Source of the DNA: Lepidodermella squamata | Taxonomy: Eukaryota > Animalia > Gastrotricha | Reading direction: 5' to 3' | DNA: 64,000 nt | Assembly (NCBI GenBank): GCA_047495785.1 | Contig: JBLDXI010000054.1 | Span: 1,922,001 to 1,986,000 of the forward strand | Shown here: positions 27,782 to 41,603 of the stretch, one piece after another | Layout: every line of letters begins with the position of its first letter | How positions within the stretch are numbered: position 1 is the first letter of the stretch | The notes under the pieces: generated by a model | Told to the model about the DNA's origin: nothing | The model's input: only the letters and a program-made list of their open reading frames with translations | Database searches by the model: none | Program-made: the position numbers and the translations under genes

Positions 27782-27946
27782 GACATTATAATACATTATG
27801 GCAATGTGCAATCTGTCAAGAAACTTGTAACTGTTATCGGGGAATTTTTCGAATTCTTCACCTTGCTACTAATCAGAGGGGATTGAAAGAAACTCATAAA
27901 AAAACGGAATAATTGCGCTGTGAATTTGCAGATAGCCTGATAGTAT

Positions 27947-28240
27947 TATCGATTGTCGCAATCTTTAGCTCCTTTTCCCCGCGGATAATCAGCAACATCC
28001 TTGTTTCTTCGACACTATCGGATGGTTAAGAGTTACCTTAGGAACTAAGTTATTTACATCAGCTCCAACGCTCTCAAAGGTCCTTCGTGATGTCAAATCG
28101 GCGAACTGCCGAGAACAACTCACTCACCGCCATTAACTTGCTTCCTATCACAATCAACGCTTTTTCGACCAAGTACTGGACAACTTCAGCCGATTGCCGA
28201 TAGCTGCTGTTTCGATAGCTGTATTTTAAGGTGACTGGCC
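27947..28240 (-). pseudogene. Degenerate C-terminal fragment of the ankyrin family found at 40-64 kb
   Basis: Frameshifted translation AEVVQYLVEK..LFSAV..VGADVNN..KDVADYPRGKGAKD matches the paralog tails (LFWAV..AGADLN..EVVEYLRRKG). Confidence 0.65.
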
Positions 28241-28688
28241 TATGTTGCACCAGCTTCGTTCTGTGCAGCAGAAAAATTCCTAAAGAATGTGCAGTTTATC
28301 AAAATGGCCTCAGCAGCTGGCAAACCACGCCAGAACTTAATATACCTGATTTTATCCGCATGCTTTAGGTTCCAAGATCCAGGACATCGCATTTCGTGTT
28401 CAGCGCAATGCTGGATTAATTTCAGGCAAGCCGATTTTTTATGTCCTAACGCATTCGGAACGAACGCGGATTTTATTTCGCACGTGCAGTAAAGAATTAC
28501 AATGCGATCACTGACAGTCGTCTACTGCGTTTGGCGTTCAATGAGAGAATTTAATTAGTAATTGGGGATATCTCTCAGCTTGCACGCAGTACCACTGCTA
28601 CCAACTTGCAGTGGGTACGTGACGATTAATGAATTCCTGAAGCGCTGTATCTCTTTAAATATACACAAAATTTGAACAGTTGTTAAAA

Positions 28689-31600
28689 ATGAATTCATTT
28701 ATTGTTTTTCTTTCAATTTTCACTATTGGCGATGTTCCCTTCCGCTGCAGAGCGACAGATAGTAATAAAATAGCTCTGAACTCACCCATGCCTAAATTTG
28801 AGGCGGCGTACTCATATTACAACTCAACTGTAAAGAGGACCAAAATTCATATTCTAATGTCGATCGCCTACAGCGGATTTTTCGAAATGGGTCCACCTTG
28901 CAGTGAAGCGAAAGGCATAGCCTTGGACCAGCTCAGGTCCGACCCCAAATGGATTCCCAATTACGAACTTGTCCTGGATCTGATTGACGATGAATGCCTC
29001 GATGAAACTGCGATTCGGAGGTTTACGGAGCGAATGAGATCAAGTGAAGAGGATGACAATCTGTTCCCGATCCTGGTTGCTCAAGAGTGTGACGGCCAAA
29101 TCGGTCAATTGACGTCAGCATACTTGGTCAAACGATTCAACTTCTTCGGCGTAAGTTCCCTATTCAATCATATTTTAGTTTTACCGATAAACCAAACCTT
29201 TAGATGACGCTAGCTCAAGGGACTAACAGGCTTTACCTTGAGAGAGCTCGATTTCCAAACTACTTGAATTTCGGGCAAAGAGGAGACATTCAATACGTAG
29301 CCCTTGCTAAATTTGCTGTAAAACTAGGTTGGAAGAAAATTGGGATCATATCGATCATCCATCCTTACTCTAATATGGTAAGCATTAACCATTTTAAGGA
29401 CAGTTTTCGACTCTCTTCCTAAAACAGATGGATCCTGGCCTAGTTATGGCTTTAGAGACCGAAAATATCGGGATTTCCTTCTTTATGAAGCTCGCTTCCT
29501 ACGACGATACGCCTGAGATTCGTAGTGAGTTTGCGACTCTGAAGAAGATCGACTCGAGAATAATTGTCTCACAATCAGCCAGACCTTGGGTTATTGCATG
29601 TTGGCTGTATAGAATGGGCATGTATGGTCCTAAATACGTCATTTTCAGCCTTGCTTGGTTTTCATGGCTCTACCCAGGATCTGTGCCATATAGAGCTGGC
29701 GATTGGTGCAATGAGGACATGGTGTTGAATGTTGCGCCAAGCTTCATTTACTACGGTGATACAGGTCTTAGTAAAATTTTAGGGCCCAACACTGTAGATT
29801 CTACTGGGATTTCCGAGCTTGGGATGAGAGACACGGGCAAATCGGTCAATTCATGTCAGCATCCTTAGTCAAGCAATTCAACTTCTTCGGAGTGAGTTCC
29901 TCATTGAATCATAATGTTCCCTTTATTAATAAAGTAACCTTTAGATGACGCTAGCTCAAGGGAATAACAGACTATACCTTGAAAGAGCCAGATTTCCCAA
30001 CTACTTGAATTTCGGACAAAGAGGCGATATCCAATACGTAGCCCTTGCTAAATTCGCTTCGAAAATGGGCTGGAAGAAAGTTGGTATCATATCAGTCATC
30101 CATCCTTATAACAACATGGTAAGCGTTGAGTATTGGTTGAGTAAGACAGTTTTCGAGCTTTCTCTTGAAACAGATGGATCCTGGCCTTGTTATGGCTTTG
30201 GAGGCCGAAAATATCGGGATTTCATTATTCATGAAGCTTACCACTTCCGAGGACACACATGAGACGCGTAGTGAGTTTGCGACTCTGAAGAAGATCGACG
30301 CGCGAATAATAATCTCGCAATTATCCAAACCTTGGACTGTGGCTTGCTGGCTGTATAGAATGGGCATGTATGGTCCTAAATACGTCGTTTTCAGCCTAGC
30401 TTGGTTTTCATTGCTCTACCCAGGTTCTGTGCCATATAAAGCTGGCCATTGGTGTAATGAGGACATGGCGTTGAATGTTGCGCCGAGCTTCATTTACTAC
30501 GGTGATACTGGTCTTAGTAAAATTTTAGGACCCAACACTGTAGATTCGACTGGGATTTCCGAGCTGGGAATGAGAAACAAATTAAAGGATAGGATTGAAA
30601 AACCAGAAACCCATGAGAACTGGGAGTATTGGCCTGTTATGTGCTACGACCGAGCTCTTACAGCGGGATATCTGTTACACGAGACCGAAAAGGTCCTGAA
30701 CGCGAATAATGAAACTTTGGCCGATTGGGTGACTTCTGGGCAAAAATTCAGGGCGAAGGGTAGCCTTGTAGTTGAGGGAGTCAAAGAAGCCTCTTTCAGG
30801 CTTAAAATCACCGGCCTGAAGGGGGAGTATGGCATTAGTCGGGGGTCCAATCTAACTAAAGGGTACGTCCCTATTACATTCACAAGGACCTTCGCTAATA
30901 ATTCGGGCTTTTCAACAGCAGCGTATCTTAAGCAGAATGAGAAGGATCCGATAATATTGCTTGATCTGAATTGGCGAACAAAGGATGGCTTGGCCCCTAT
31001 GTACGAAGTGAAGAAGTTTGGTTTGAACGTACCTGTGATGCCTTACTCAGCTAGTTACATTTTGATGCTTTTTTCGGCATTTCAGTGTCTCGTAATTGTT
31101 GCGAGTGGACTTTTTGGCTTTTTTAGGGGTCGCAGGCTAACCAGACGATTCAAGGGACTGAAGTTAGCAAGTGGGGACTACTTGATTTTATTGGGCAATG
31201 TTTTGTTACTTGCCTCAATTTCTCTTCTCCCCTCTGGAATAGAAGATAGTTCCTTAGCTATTAATTGTATAGCAATCGTTTTTCTATGGGCTGCGGCAAT
31301 TTCGCTGATCTTCTGCGGAATTTCAGCCAAATTGAGAATTCATGATGAGCTTACTCGTACCTTAGTCTCCTCGCTCAGCCGAGCCCAAAGCTCATTAGGA
31401 AACAAGCCGTTTGTTTATGAAAAGGAATTCGACTCGACTATTGCTAAATTCGTGAATTCATTTCTCGAAAATTCAATCGTATTCGCTGTTTTCTGGGTCA
31501 TTTTGCATTCCACTTTGATGGCAATTATCATCGGGGTCGCGCCAATCGATGTCTCGCGGTATTTCATTGGATTGGAATTTGAAGGGCCGGATTCGAGCGT

Positions 31601-32116
31601 CGTTTTTCAGCCGTTTTACGTACGGTGTCAGATTTCAGAGTCATTTATGGGGAATCCAGTGGGCCTCGTTGTCCTATCTTTATCTGGACTTCTTCAATTT
31701 GCGATGCTGTTCCGTATATGTTTCCAAGTCTTCAAAGTCCAAAGCTTCAAGGTATAATCACGTTTCGCAAATGATAATCACGTTTTTGCTCATGGTCTTC
31801 TTATTTTTAGCACTTCAAAACGTCTTTCCGAGGTCGGGATGTGCGCAATATGGCCAAATTTGTGTACTGCGGCATTTCGTTAATTGTAGCCGCGATTGCG
31901 TTGGCGGTTATGAGCCCTCCGAATCGATCCGAGTATCAGCCGATACTTCTAGCCTCATTCGCATTAACATTCTCTGCAGCTGATTTCGTTCCTGTTGTGG
32001 TAATGAAGGTAGGTTCCGCGATTATCCTATAAGATTAAAGATAAAATTGATCCTTTTAGATGCTGATCAAACCTAAAATGTCTGTACCTACTACTGGTAG
32101 ACTTGCGCATACCTGA
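28689..32116 (+). CDS. GABA-B-like class C GPCR, tandem copy A, with internal 746-bp duplication
   Basis: Same exon structure as copy B (VFT + 7TM, last exon MLIKPK..LAHT*). The reading frame breaks at junction 29832/29833 unless exon 1 splices to 29945. Confidence 0.75.
29833..30589 (+). repeat. Segment identical to 36393-37149 of paralog B
   Basis: No mismatch found by eye at offset 6560, introns included; first mismatch at 30590/37150. Confidence 0.88.
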
Positions 32117-32401
32117 AAAGGGCATGAGACTATAAGAAGCTCCCGTCACAAGACCCCTAGGTTGCCAGCCACCGTGAATAATTATTCTGTGAATAAGATT
32201 TAATTTTTTGTCCTGGAATTTCGAAATATCAATAATTAAAAACTGCTGAGAACTAATTTTCAGCAAAAGATCTGCGAGATGCTGTGTAAAGATGTTTTGA
32301 TCTCGATGATCTTAAAAGAGGCTTTTGATGATTGCAAACATTGTAATGAGATGATTCATTGGTCGAGTTGGACTTTGGACCACATTAAAGCCGCGCCATG
32401 A

Positions 32402-32600
32402 TTTGAAGCATGCGTTAGCCGATCCAGGGTGCGATCTTGGATCCCCGAGCAGCCAGGGATGGAAAACTTTTTTTGCGATATATGCTAATAACCGGCTAAT
32501 AACCGAGGATGATCCCCCCCCCCCTTCCTATCCCCCCTGAAAGTCGCACACTGAGCCGATCCAGGAAAGGCTATGTAGTACGACTATCCATACAGACATT
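32402..32600 (-). pseudogene. Decayed signal-peptide exon of the secreted-ankyrin family, interrupted by a MITE
   Basis: tttgaagcatgcgttagccga (SANACFK on the minus strand) is shared with ~41532 and ~57936; frameshifted. Confidence 0.6.
32425..32553. mobile_element. 129-bp hAT-type MITE with 8-bp TSD
   Basis: TSD agccgatc at 32417-32424 and 32554-32561; imperfect TIR cagggtgcga / tcgcacactg. Confidence 0.85.
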
Positions 32601-35463
32601 ACAGCCTTTTATACAATTTCGAAAAATAATGCAGTGATTTCGCGTATTCCTGGTGGGTTACTTACTACTGCGTAGCCCTGAGCGACAATTTCGGGCCTTT
32701 TAACTGCCTAAATAAAAAAAACTAAATATGCAAATTAGCGAGAGTTTGTCTGTGGACAGTATTCTGTTGAAAGTCTAGTTTTTTTGCTGAGCTCGACAGC
32801 GGAATCGCAATGAGAGTTTTTCTGGTGAGAGATGGTTTCTACTGCGCAGTCATTTGCTCGTCGATAGTAGAACTTTCACTTCGGCAGTTTTTACTTTTAT
32901 AACTGAAAAAAACTCGGCATGCACTGGTTCAAAAAAGACAGTTTGACAGAAAAACCCCTCTATGCCAGTTTCATTTTATTCATCAAAACTGAATCAAATT
33001 GAAAAATTAAAAATTGTCAAGTTAATTGTGGATGCTGTTTCACGAGACGCCATGCTCGAATAACTATGACTGATGCAGAAAACCGCCACTGGGGCAGGTC
33101 TGAAGAAACTATAGAAATAAATAAAAATTAAGAATTGAAATTAATTGAACCCGAAAATACCTATCTTTTATCTTTTTATCGATACCGTTACGAATTGTTA
33201 TGACCGCCTGGTTAAGACTGGTTTGGCAGCAGAATCGATTCGCGGGACAAACCTTCAGAAATTGCGAGTAAATTAAAGAAAATTCAATTAATTTCGAAAT
33301 AACCTTGATATTTTGATAAATATCTGACTTGTCCAAATTGCATGGTCAACAGACCTCGAAGCAAGGCGGCGGGAATCGATGGAACTCACAGTGCGAAATC
33401 GAGGCCGGACGAAAAATTCTTAACTAAATAGGACATAGGGATTGATGTTTTGGAATTGAAAACAAAAATATGATGATTTGAAGGAACTAAAAAGCCACAT
33501 TTTTGAAGCATGGCGTGATTACGCAACACCCCGAGGCCTGTGTGCACAACAATCGAGCGCCCCAATAACAATGATTTTGCCCTATTTCAGCTTTTATTTA
33601 GAACGACAATTTTCAGTCATTAAAAATTTAGCTAAGAAAAATCCAAATTATCGAATTTTGCTGTCATTCTTATATTTTAAATGGTTCAGGCTGAAAACGA
33701 TAAAAATTTGGTTATTTTTTGGATCCAGGTAAATAATTAGTAAAAATTAGGGAAAATCGGGAAAAAACGAGAAATTTCATGATAAATAAAAACAGTTTGA
33801 TCCGGATAGGTAGAAGGCAGTTTTTCGAGTCAGGGAATTTTCCGCAATAAAAAATCGAGGTCGAGGCATCAAATTTCGTTCACTTTCGTTCAACACTTTT
33901 CACTTTGCAGTGAAAATAAAAAAAATCGAAATTTTTTTAACGGTGACGAAGAAATATTTCACCTGGCAGTTAACTTCGGGTCTCGGGTCGCAAAATGCCG
34001 AATTTCCCAAGTTTCATGAAAAAACTGTGTCAATTTCGTGAAGTGACTGGTTTCCTGATAAAAACTTCCAGTTTTTTCCAAAAACTGCAGTAAGTTTCGA
34101 AAAAAGATGAAAAATGACAGTAAACGGCGTTTTTGGGCAGTTACCTGTAATTCCCACTGGAACTTCGCAGTATTTCGCAAAAAACGTGCACTTGCTGCTC
34201 AGGGAGCTTTGGTAAAATAGTTGAAAATTCACAACACCCAGTTACATTGAAACTTTGGAAAACGTTAAAATTGATAGTCATACAAATATAGTGTAGGTAG
34301 AGATGTGAAATATCGAGGCTCGTCGGATATATTCCTGATTTTCTTCCTCTGTATTCAGTGTATCGTAAAAAGGGCATCAAAATAGCAGCAATATTGCGAC
34401 TTGGCGCTCATATCAATCAGATTGAATGTAAAGAATCGCAGATTCAAAGATTCAAGGGCAGCGACCAATTAGCCTATTAACTGTTTAATATTATATATTT
34501 CATCACTTCTGAATTATAGCAGCAAATTCACTCTGCTACTATTTCGCTGTTCATTTTGTTTGGCAGAAGATTGATTATTGACAGTTTTGTTCAATCTCCT
34601 TCGATCCGTTGTTATCAGTTCACAACTGAGTGCACTTAACAGCCACACCTCCGCCACGATTTCACTAGTGCAAGGTGACTATGAGCGAACACGATCTACC
34701 TGTCTTTCAATGGTGCAATTTGTCCGACGAAATGTGAACTTGGTTTTTGGAATTCGGATCTTTCGAAACAACAGTTAGGAGTTGAAAGTTGAAATGGATA
34801 CCAATATCGAATTATTTTTTTTCCGTTATTTCCAGCTTTTGTAGCGTGTTCCTTATAAAAAGGAATAAGCTTAGTAATTTTTCATTTTTATATCATAGAA
34901 TAATCGCGCACCTTATGTATATTCGCTATGCGCTATGCTGACTTCAGCTCTCGAAAAACCTGACACTTCAATCACATGGTTCATGTGAAACAATTTAATG
35001 ATTCAGATTATTTCTTTATCATGACTGATGCAAAAGTCGATTCAGTCACTGCTCACTGATTGGGAAACGAGCGACGCGGTGTTTCAAACTAATGATGGGT
35101 AAATTCTTAAGATCATCGCTCCAACTCGGAGGGAACATCGTCGTGGGATTTCTCCAATACTGAGAAGTCGCCAATCTTGCCAGGTCACAGACGTTATCGA
35201 TCAGACAATTTGGTGTGGAGCATTTTGCGGAAGATCATGTCTCCGTCCCTCGGATTCCGTGGACGTCAAAAGATAATTTGGCTAATTCTTACGTCGTAAG
35301 TGAGATAGTCACGGATTGCGCACTTTGTCTTTGCCGCTTTCAACTTTTTGATTGATTTCATAGACCTGAGACTGTGAATTGTCCTTATACGTGGAACCTT
35401 GGTCTACCAAGGTAGAAAATGTGTTGTATTGAAAGCAAATAGTCAGTAATTAGTAAGCTTCAC

Positions 35464-35513
35464 AAAGATTGCCTCCCCGAATAATTTATTTCGATTCGGG
35501 GGAGGCAATCTTT
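35464..35513. repeat. Inverted repeat / hairpin (~19-bp stem)
   Basis: aaagattgcctccccgaat - 11-nt loop - attcgggggaggcaatcttt, with one bulged G. Confidence 0.8.
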
Positions 35514-35980
35514 CGGGGATAATTGAAATCGTCTTAAATTCCGCAATAGTTCAACAAGAGCAAATCAGGCATGAAGGCACATTGGCACGATTGCTTGAAA
35601 TCGGTTTTAATAAATTTAGACCACCTGCTTCACTCTTGCTTTGCGAAATTCCTGCTTTGTTTGTGCAAAGCCTGATTTGGATTCCGAAACAATATTGTAC
35701 TCCGTGTGAATCCAGAATAATTTCAAGCAAGCCGATTTTACGATGTCCTAGCGCATTTATAACGAACGCGGATTGTATTTCGAACATACACCAAGGGATC
35801 AAATGCGAGCACCGACAGTCGTCTACTGCGTTTAGCGCTCAATTAGAAGGAATTTAATTAGTAATTGGCGATATCTCTTAGCTTGCACGAAGTACCACGG
35901 CTACCACCTTTGGTGCGTGACGATTAAATGAATTTCTGAAGCGCTATATCTCGTCAAATATACACAAAATTTGAACACTA

Positions 35981-38671
35981 ATGTCAGAAATGAATCCATT
36001 TTTGGTTTTTCTTTCTATTTTCACGATTAGCGATGTTCTCGTCCATTGCAGAGCGGGAGATGGTAATAAGATGGCTCTGAACTCGCCCATGCCTAAGTTT
36101 GAGGCTGCGTACTCTTATTACAACTCAACTGCAAGGAGGATGAAAATTCATATTTTAATGTCGATTGCATACAGCGGATTTTTCGGAATGGGTCCACCTT
36201 GCAGTGAAGCGAAAGGTGTAGCTCTGGATCAGCTCAGATCCGACCCCAAATGGCTGCCTAACTACGAACCTATCCTGGATCTGATTGACGACGAATGTCT
36301 CGATGAAACAGCGATTCAGAGGTTCACAGAGCGAATGAGATCAAGCGAAAATGAGGAAAATCTGTTTCCTATTCTGGTTGCTCAAGAATGTGACGGGCAA
36401 ATCGGTCAATTCATGTCAGCATCCTTAGTCAAGCAATTCAACTTCTTCGGAGTGAGTTCCTCATTGAATCATAATGTTCCCTTTATTAATAAAGTAACCT
36501 TTAGATGACGCTAGCTCAAGGGAATAACAGACTATACCTTGAAAGAGCCAGATTTCCCAACTACTTGAATTTCGGACAAAGAGGCGATATCCAATACGTA
36601 GCCCTTGCTAAATTCGCTTCGAAAATGGGCTGGAAGAAAGTTGGTATCATATCAGTCATCCATCCTTATAACAACATGGTAAGCGTTGAGTATTGGTTGA
36701 GTAAGACAGTTTTCGAGCTTTCTCTTGAAACAGATGGATCCTGGCCTTGTTATGGCTTTGGAGGCCGAAAATATCGGGATTTCATTATTCATGAAGCTTA
36801 CCACTTCCGAGGACACACATGAGACGCGTAGTGAGTTTGCGACTCTGAAGAAGATCGACGCGCGAATAATAATCTCGCAATTATCCAAACCTTGGACTGT
36901 GGCTTGCTGGCTGTATAGAATGGGCATGTATGGTCCTAAATACGTCGTTTTCAGCCTAGCTTGGTTTTCATTGCTCTACCCAGGTTCTGTGCCATATAAA
37001 GCTGGCCATTGGTGTAATGAGGACATGGCGTTGAATGTTGCGCCGAGCTTCATTTACTACGGTGATACTGGTCTTAGTAAAATTTTAGGACCCAACACTG
37101 TAGATTCGACTGGGATTTCCGAGCTGGGAATGAGAAACAAATTAAAGGAGAGGATTGAAAAACCAGAAACCCATGAGAACTGGGAATATTGGCCTGTTAT
37201 GTGCTACGACCGAGCTCTAACAGCGGGATGCCTGTTACACGAGACCGAAAAGGTCCTGAACGCGAATAATGAAACTTTGGCCGATTGGGTGACTTCTGAG
37301 CAAAAATTCAGAACTAAGGGTAGCCTTGTAGTTGAGGCAGTCAAAGAAGCCTCCTTCAGGCTTAAAATCACCGGCCTGAAGGGGGAGTATGGCATTAGTC
37401 GGGGGTCCAATCTAACTAAAGGGTACGTCCCTATTACATTCACAAGGACCTTCGCTAATAATTCAGGCTTTTCAACAGCAGCGTATCTTAAGCAGAATGA
37501 GAAGGATCCGATAATATTGCTTGATCTGAATTGGGGAACGAAAGATGGTCTGGCCCCTATGTACGAAGTGAAGAAGTTTGGTTTGAATGTACCAGTCATG
37601 CCATACTCAGCTAGTTACATTTTGATGCTCTTCTCGGCATTTCAGTGTCTCGTTATTATTGCGAGTGGATTACTTGGCTTCTTAAGGGGCCGTAGGCTAA
37701 CCAGGAGATTCAAAGGGCTGAAGTTGGCTAGTGGAGACTATTTAATATTATTGGGCAACATTATGACTCTGGCCTCAATTTTCCTTCTCCCCTTTGGAAT
37801 AGAAGATAGTTCCTTAGCTATGAATTGTACAGCAATAGTTTTTCTATGGGCTACGGGAATTTCGCTGATCTTCAGCGGAATTTCAGCCAAATTGAGAGTT
37901 CATGATGAGCTTACTCGTACCTTAGTCTCCTCGCTCAGCCGAGCGCAAAGCTCATTAGGAAATAAGCCATTTGTTTATGAGCGCGAATTCGACTCAGCCC
38001 TGGGTAAATTCGTGAACTCATTTCTCGAAAATTCAATCGTATTCGCTGTTTTCTGGGTCATTTTGCATTGTGCTTTGATGGCTATTATCATTGGTGTAAC
38101 GCCAATCGATGTCTCGCAGTATTTTATTGGTTGGGAATTCGAAGGGCCGGATTCGAGCGTCGTTTTTCAGCCCTACTACGTAGGGTGTCAAATTTCGGAG
38201 TCTTTTATTGGGAATCCAGTGGGCCTCGTTGTTCTATCTTTATCCGGCCTTCTGCAATTTGCGATGCTGTTCCGTGTATGTTTCCAGGTCTTCAAAGTTC
38301 AAAGCTTTAAGGTACCTAATCACGTTTTGCCGATAGAATTTTTCCTCATTATCATATTTTTAGCACTTCAAAACGTCCTTCCGAGGTCAGGATGTGCGCA
38401 ATATGGCTAAATTTGTGTACTGTGGGATTTCGCTAATTGTAGCCGCGATTGCGTTGGCGTTCATGAGCCCACCGAATCGATCCGAGTATCAGCCAATACT
38501 GCTAGCCTCATTCGCATTGACATTCTCAGTTGCTGCTTTCGTACCCGTCGTGGTAATGAAGGTATGTTCAGTCATTATCCCTTATAAGATGAAAGATACA
38601 ATTTATCATTTCAGATGCTGATCAGACCGAAAATGTCTGCAGCTAATACCGGTAGACTCGCGCATACCTGA
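35981..38671 (+). CDS. GABA-B-like class C GPCR, tandem copy B (intact, 5 exons)
   Basis: Signal peptide; WLPNYE..LIDDEC, RARFPNY, GWKKVGII, DARIII, CWLYRMGMYGPKYV, ITGLKGEY; 7TM; short GT-AG introns; stop at 38669-38671. Confidence 0.88.
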
Positions 38672-40394
38672 AAAGAGGGTTGCTTTTTCGATTTCGTATA
38701 TTTCGTGATGAACAAAATATTTCGCGACCGAGAAACATATGAGAAAACGAGAATAAATAGCCGTAAATAAAAGGTTGTCCTGCTCGACATTCGTCCCATT
38801 TACATGAGCTTTCTTCAGAATCGGATGGGAACAGTTATAAAAATGAATATGTTACATTGAGAGTGTCGAATCGTTGAAAGTGCACTTTCCACGCACGAAT
38901 TTCCATTTAAAGTGAACTTTCAATTTTGAAAGTATACTATCCCCCATGGAAAGTATACTCTCAATATACTCTCATAACCATAGAAAACAATAATATTATA
39001 TCAATTCATGATAACAAATTATCAGTTATTAAATGAGGCTTACATTCATGAAACCCGGGTTGTTACATCCAACGTTTCCTGGTACGCAAAGCGGGGTTAG
39101 AGCCTCGTATTTGTAGCACATCCTGGCATTCTATAGACGAAACAGACGAAACGTCAGCGCAGATTTAGCAGTTATGTTTACAGACCCCGGTATTGCAGAC
39201 GCCGGTTGTTTGGAAAATAGAGCCCAGCTATCGATAGGGAGAAATCGGCTCAGCACTTCGGAGAAATTTGAAGAAAAAACCTGATATTCGGTCAGAAGAT
39301 TACAGCGAATCGGTTGCTGAACCTGGCACGCAGCCGGTGAATCGGTTGCTGAACTGCGAAAAGCAGCGAACCCAGTTCAATTTTTCACCCGAAGCCTTGT
39401 GACTTGACGCCGCCAAAATCAGGGTTAACGGCAAAACGTAGTAATACGAAATCATCTAATCGAAACTTGGCAAAAAATCTGCTTAAAATTGACGGAAAAG
39501 ATTTTGTGAAAATTTAATGAATGAAACGTCAATGACGTCTGTTTAAACTTTTTCATTGCGTCACCCCTGTGGTGAGATGGCACGTGTCAGTGTTTATCTC
39601 GGTTGGGTAGAGTTTAAAGCTTGTCTATTTTGTTATGATTTTGAAGAAAATAATGGGGAAAAATGGTCGCAATTTAGCACGGAGTTAAAAAGAAATATCA
39701 AACAAATCAAACAAACAAATCAAAGAAATAGTTCAAATTAAAGGTGCGTTTTTCAACATGCCCGAACTTGAATTGTTCTGGACTGTGATAACCCTTATCA
39801 ATAATATCGCAAGAAGCATTTTCACCACCAATTTTGTCGCTCGAATCTGATTCAAAGGAGAATTTCAAGCAAGTTTTCCACATACCAGATACAAGATCTA
39901 TCGAATTTCGATTGAATACTATAGCGAATAAGAGGCGAATATGGAAGAACAAGACCTCTGCTTGAACCTTCAATCCTGAGCCTTTGCTTGAAGCACGTGT
40001 GACGCACAAATGTGGCGCAGTTGGAAGAAGGGTCACTCTTAACTTAAAAATCAAGACAAATGTCATTGTTGAAGGTTTTCGAAAATCGCAGAAGATCAAG
40101 CGATGGCGCCCATGGAGTACACCCTTTTTCACGCTAGTGGGCGATCTCCACTGAATTATGTCTATGGGCTAGCATAAGTAGCTATCATAATAGTTGAAAA
40201 TTAACACCACCCAAGCACGTTGAAAACGTTGGAATGAATACTCACTTGGAATGAGTTGATGCGTTTCTCAAACAATGATTTATTAGCTGATTAAATGTTT
40301 AATTTTATTTCTTTCAGCATTTTTAAATTATAGAAGCAATCTCACACAGCTGCTATTTTTCTGTTCATTTTGCTTGGCTGCAATATGGAAGAAA

Positions 40395-41603
40395 TTACTG
40401 ACAGTCTTGTTCAATCTCCCAAGTAGATCTCCTTTGCTCCTTTGCTCTGCAGATAATCCACCCCACGTCATTGCTCACTCCAGTACCACGGGCAGCATAC
40501 AAAACCGATTGCCCCTTGGAATTGAGTGCATTCACATCAGCCCCAGCTTCCTCAACCAGATACTTCAGCATGTCCATGGAAGAATCAATAGCCGTGAATA
40601 AGAGGCTGTCATCATTCACGTTCTTCCCATTTACATCAGATCCCTTAAGAACCAAGTATTTGACAACGTTGACGTGACCATTCCGAACCGCAGGTTGAAT
40701 AGCTCGTCTCCCAAGAATGTCCATGTGATCAATGACAGCTCCCTTTTCTACGAACATCTTGACAACCTCCAGATGGTTGCAAGCTGCAGCCATGATAATA
40801 GGTGTTGCCTCATATTCTCCTTTCTGGTTGACGTCGGCTCCCACCTCGATGAAGTATTTCAATACTTCAATATGCCCGCGCTCTACAGCCATTGTAAACG
40901 CTGTATCTTTTCCCAAATCGTCCTTTTGAAGTTGATTCGCGCCACGTTCCACCAATAATCTTACCACATTTGCCAGGCCTGCCTGGGCGGCGAGCATCAA
41001 AGGGGTGCAACGACAGTAGCTCGTCTCGCGTGCTTCGATCGAAGCTCCTCGATCCAGAAGAATTTTAGCGATTTCCTCGCGATCTGATGGATTTTCTTTA
41101 CATTGAACTGCTCTGTGCAGCAGAGTGCCGTTGTTCGCAGTAACGGTGTATTCGCTGTTAACAGCTTTACACTTGTTCCAGTCTTCCTCATCCAGGTTTC
41201 GCCAATCAGAATTGAAATTGCCGCCTGTTGCCTCATCAATATTTGCTATGATTGATTTTGCCGCAGACGCATCCAAGTCGCCGTACAGCGTTTCGAAAAG
41301 AGACAAGTAGAGAGAATCTGCGCCATTTGTATCCTATCAATAGGGCGGTAATTAGGGATTTGATTATAGCGTGGTCTGATAACTGAATAACTGATGTAAG
41401 ACTTTATTTCAATTTTTACCGCCGGCGTATTTACATTTGGTGAGACTTACTTTTCCCCGCTAACCATGCTTGTGTGCGAACATCCCAAGAACGGAATGAA
41501 TATGGCTTCAAATGCTTACCTTTGCCACATTTTTGAAGCATGCGTTAGCCGACCTAGAAAGGACTAGCACAGCTATCCACACAAGCAGAATATCATTGGC
41601 CAT
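40395..41603 (-). CDS. Signal-peptide-bearing ankyrin-repeat protein
   Basis: Exon 1 41603-41520 MANDILLVWIAVLVLSRSANACFKNVAK; possible 9-nt microexon 41459-41451; in-frame acceptor at 41334 into DTNGADSLYLSLFETL..., followed by ~6 ankyrin repeats. Confidence 0.8.

Noticed and set aside
32700-35400. AT-rich region with many short ORFs
   Set aside because: No coherent coding signal or TIR/TSD pair; probably old transposon and duplication debris.
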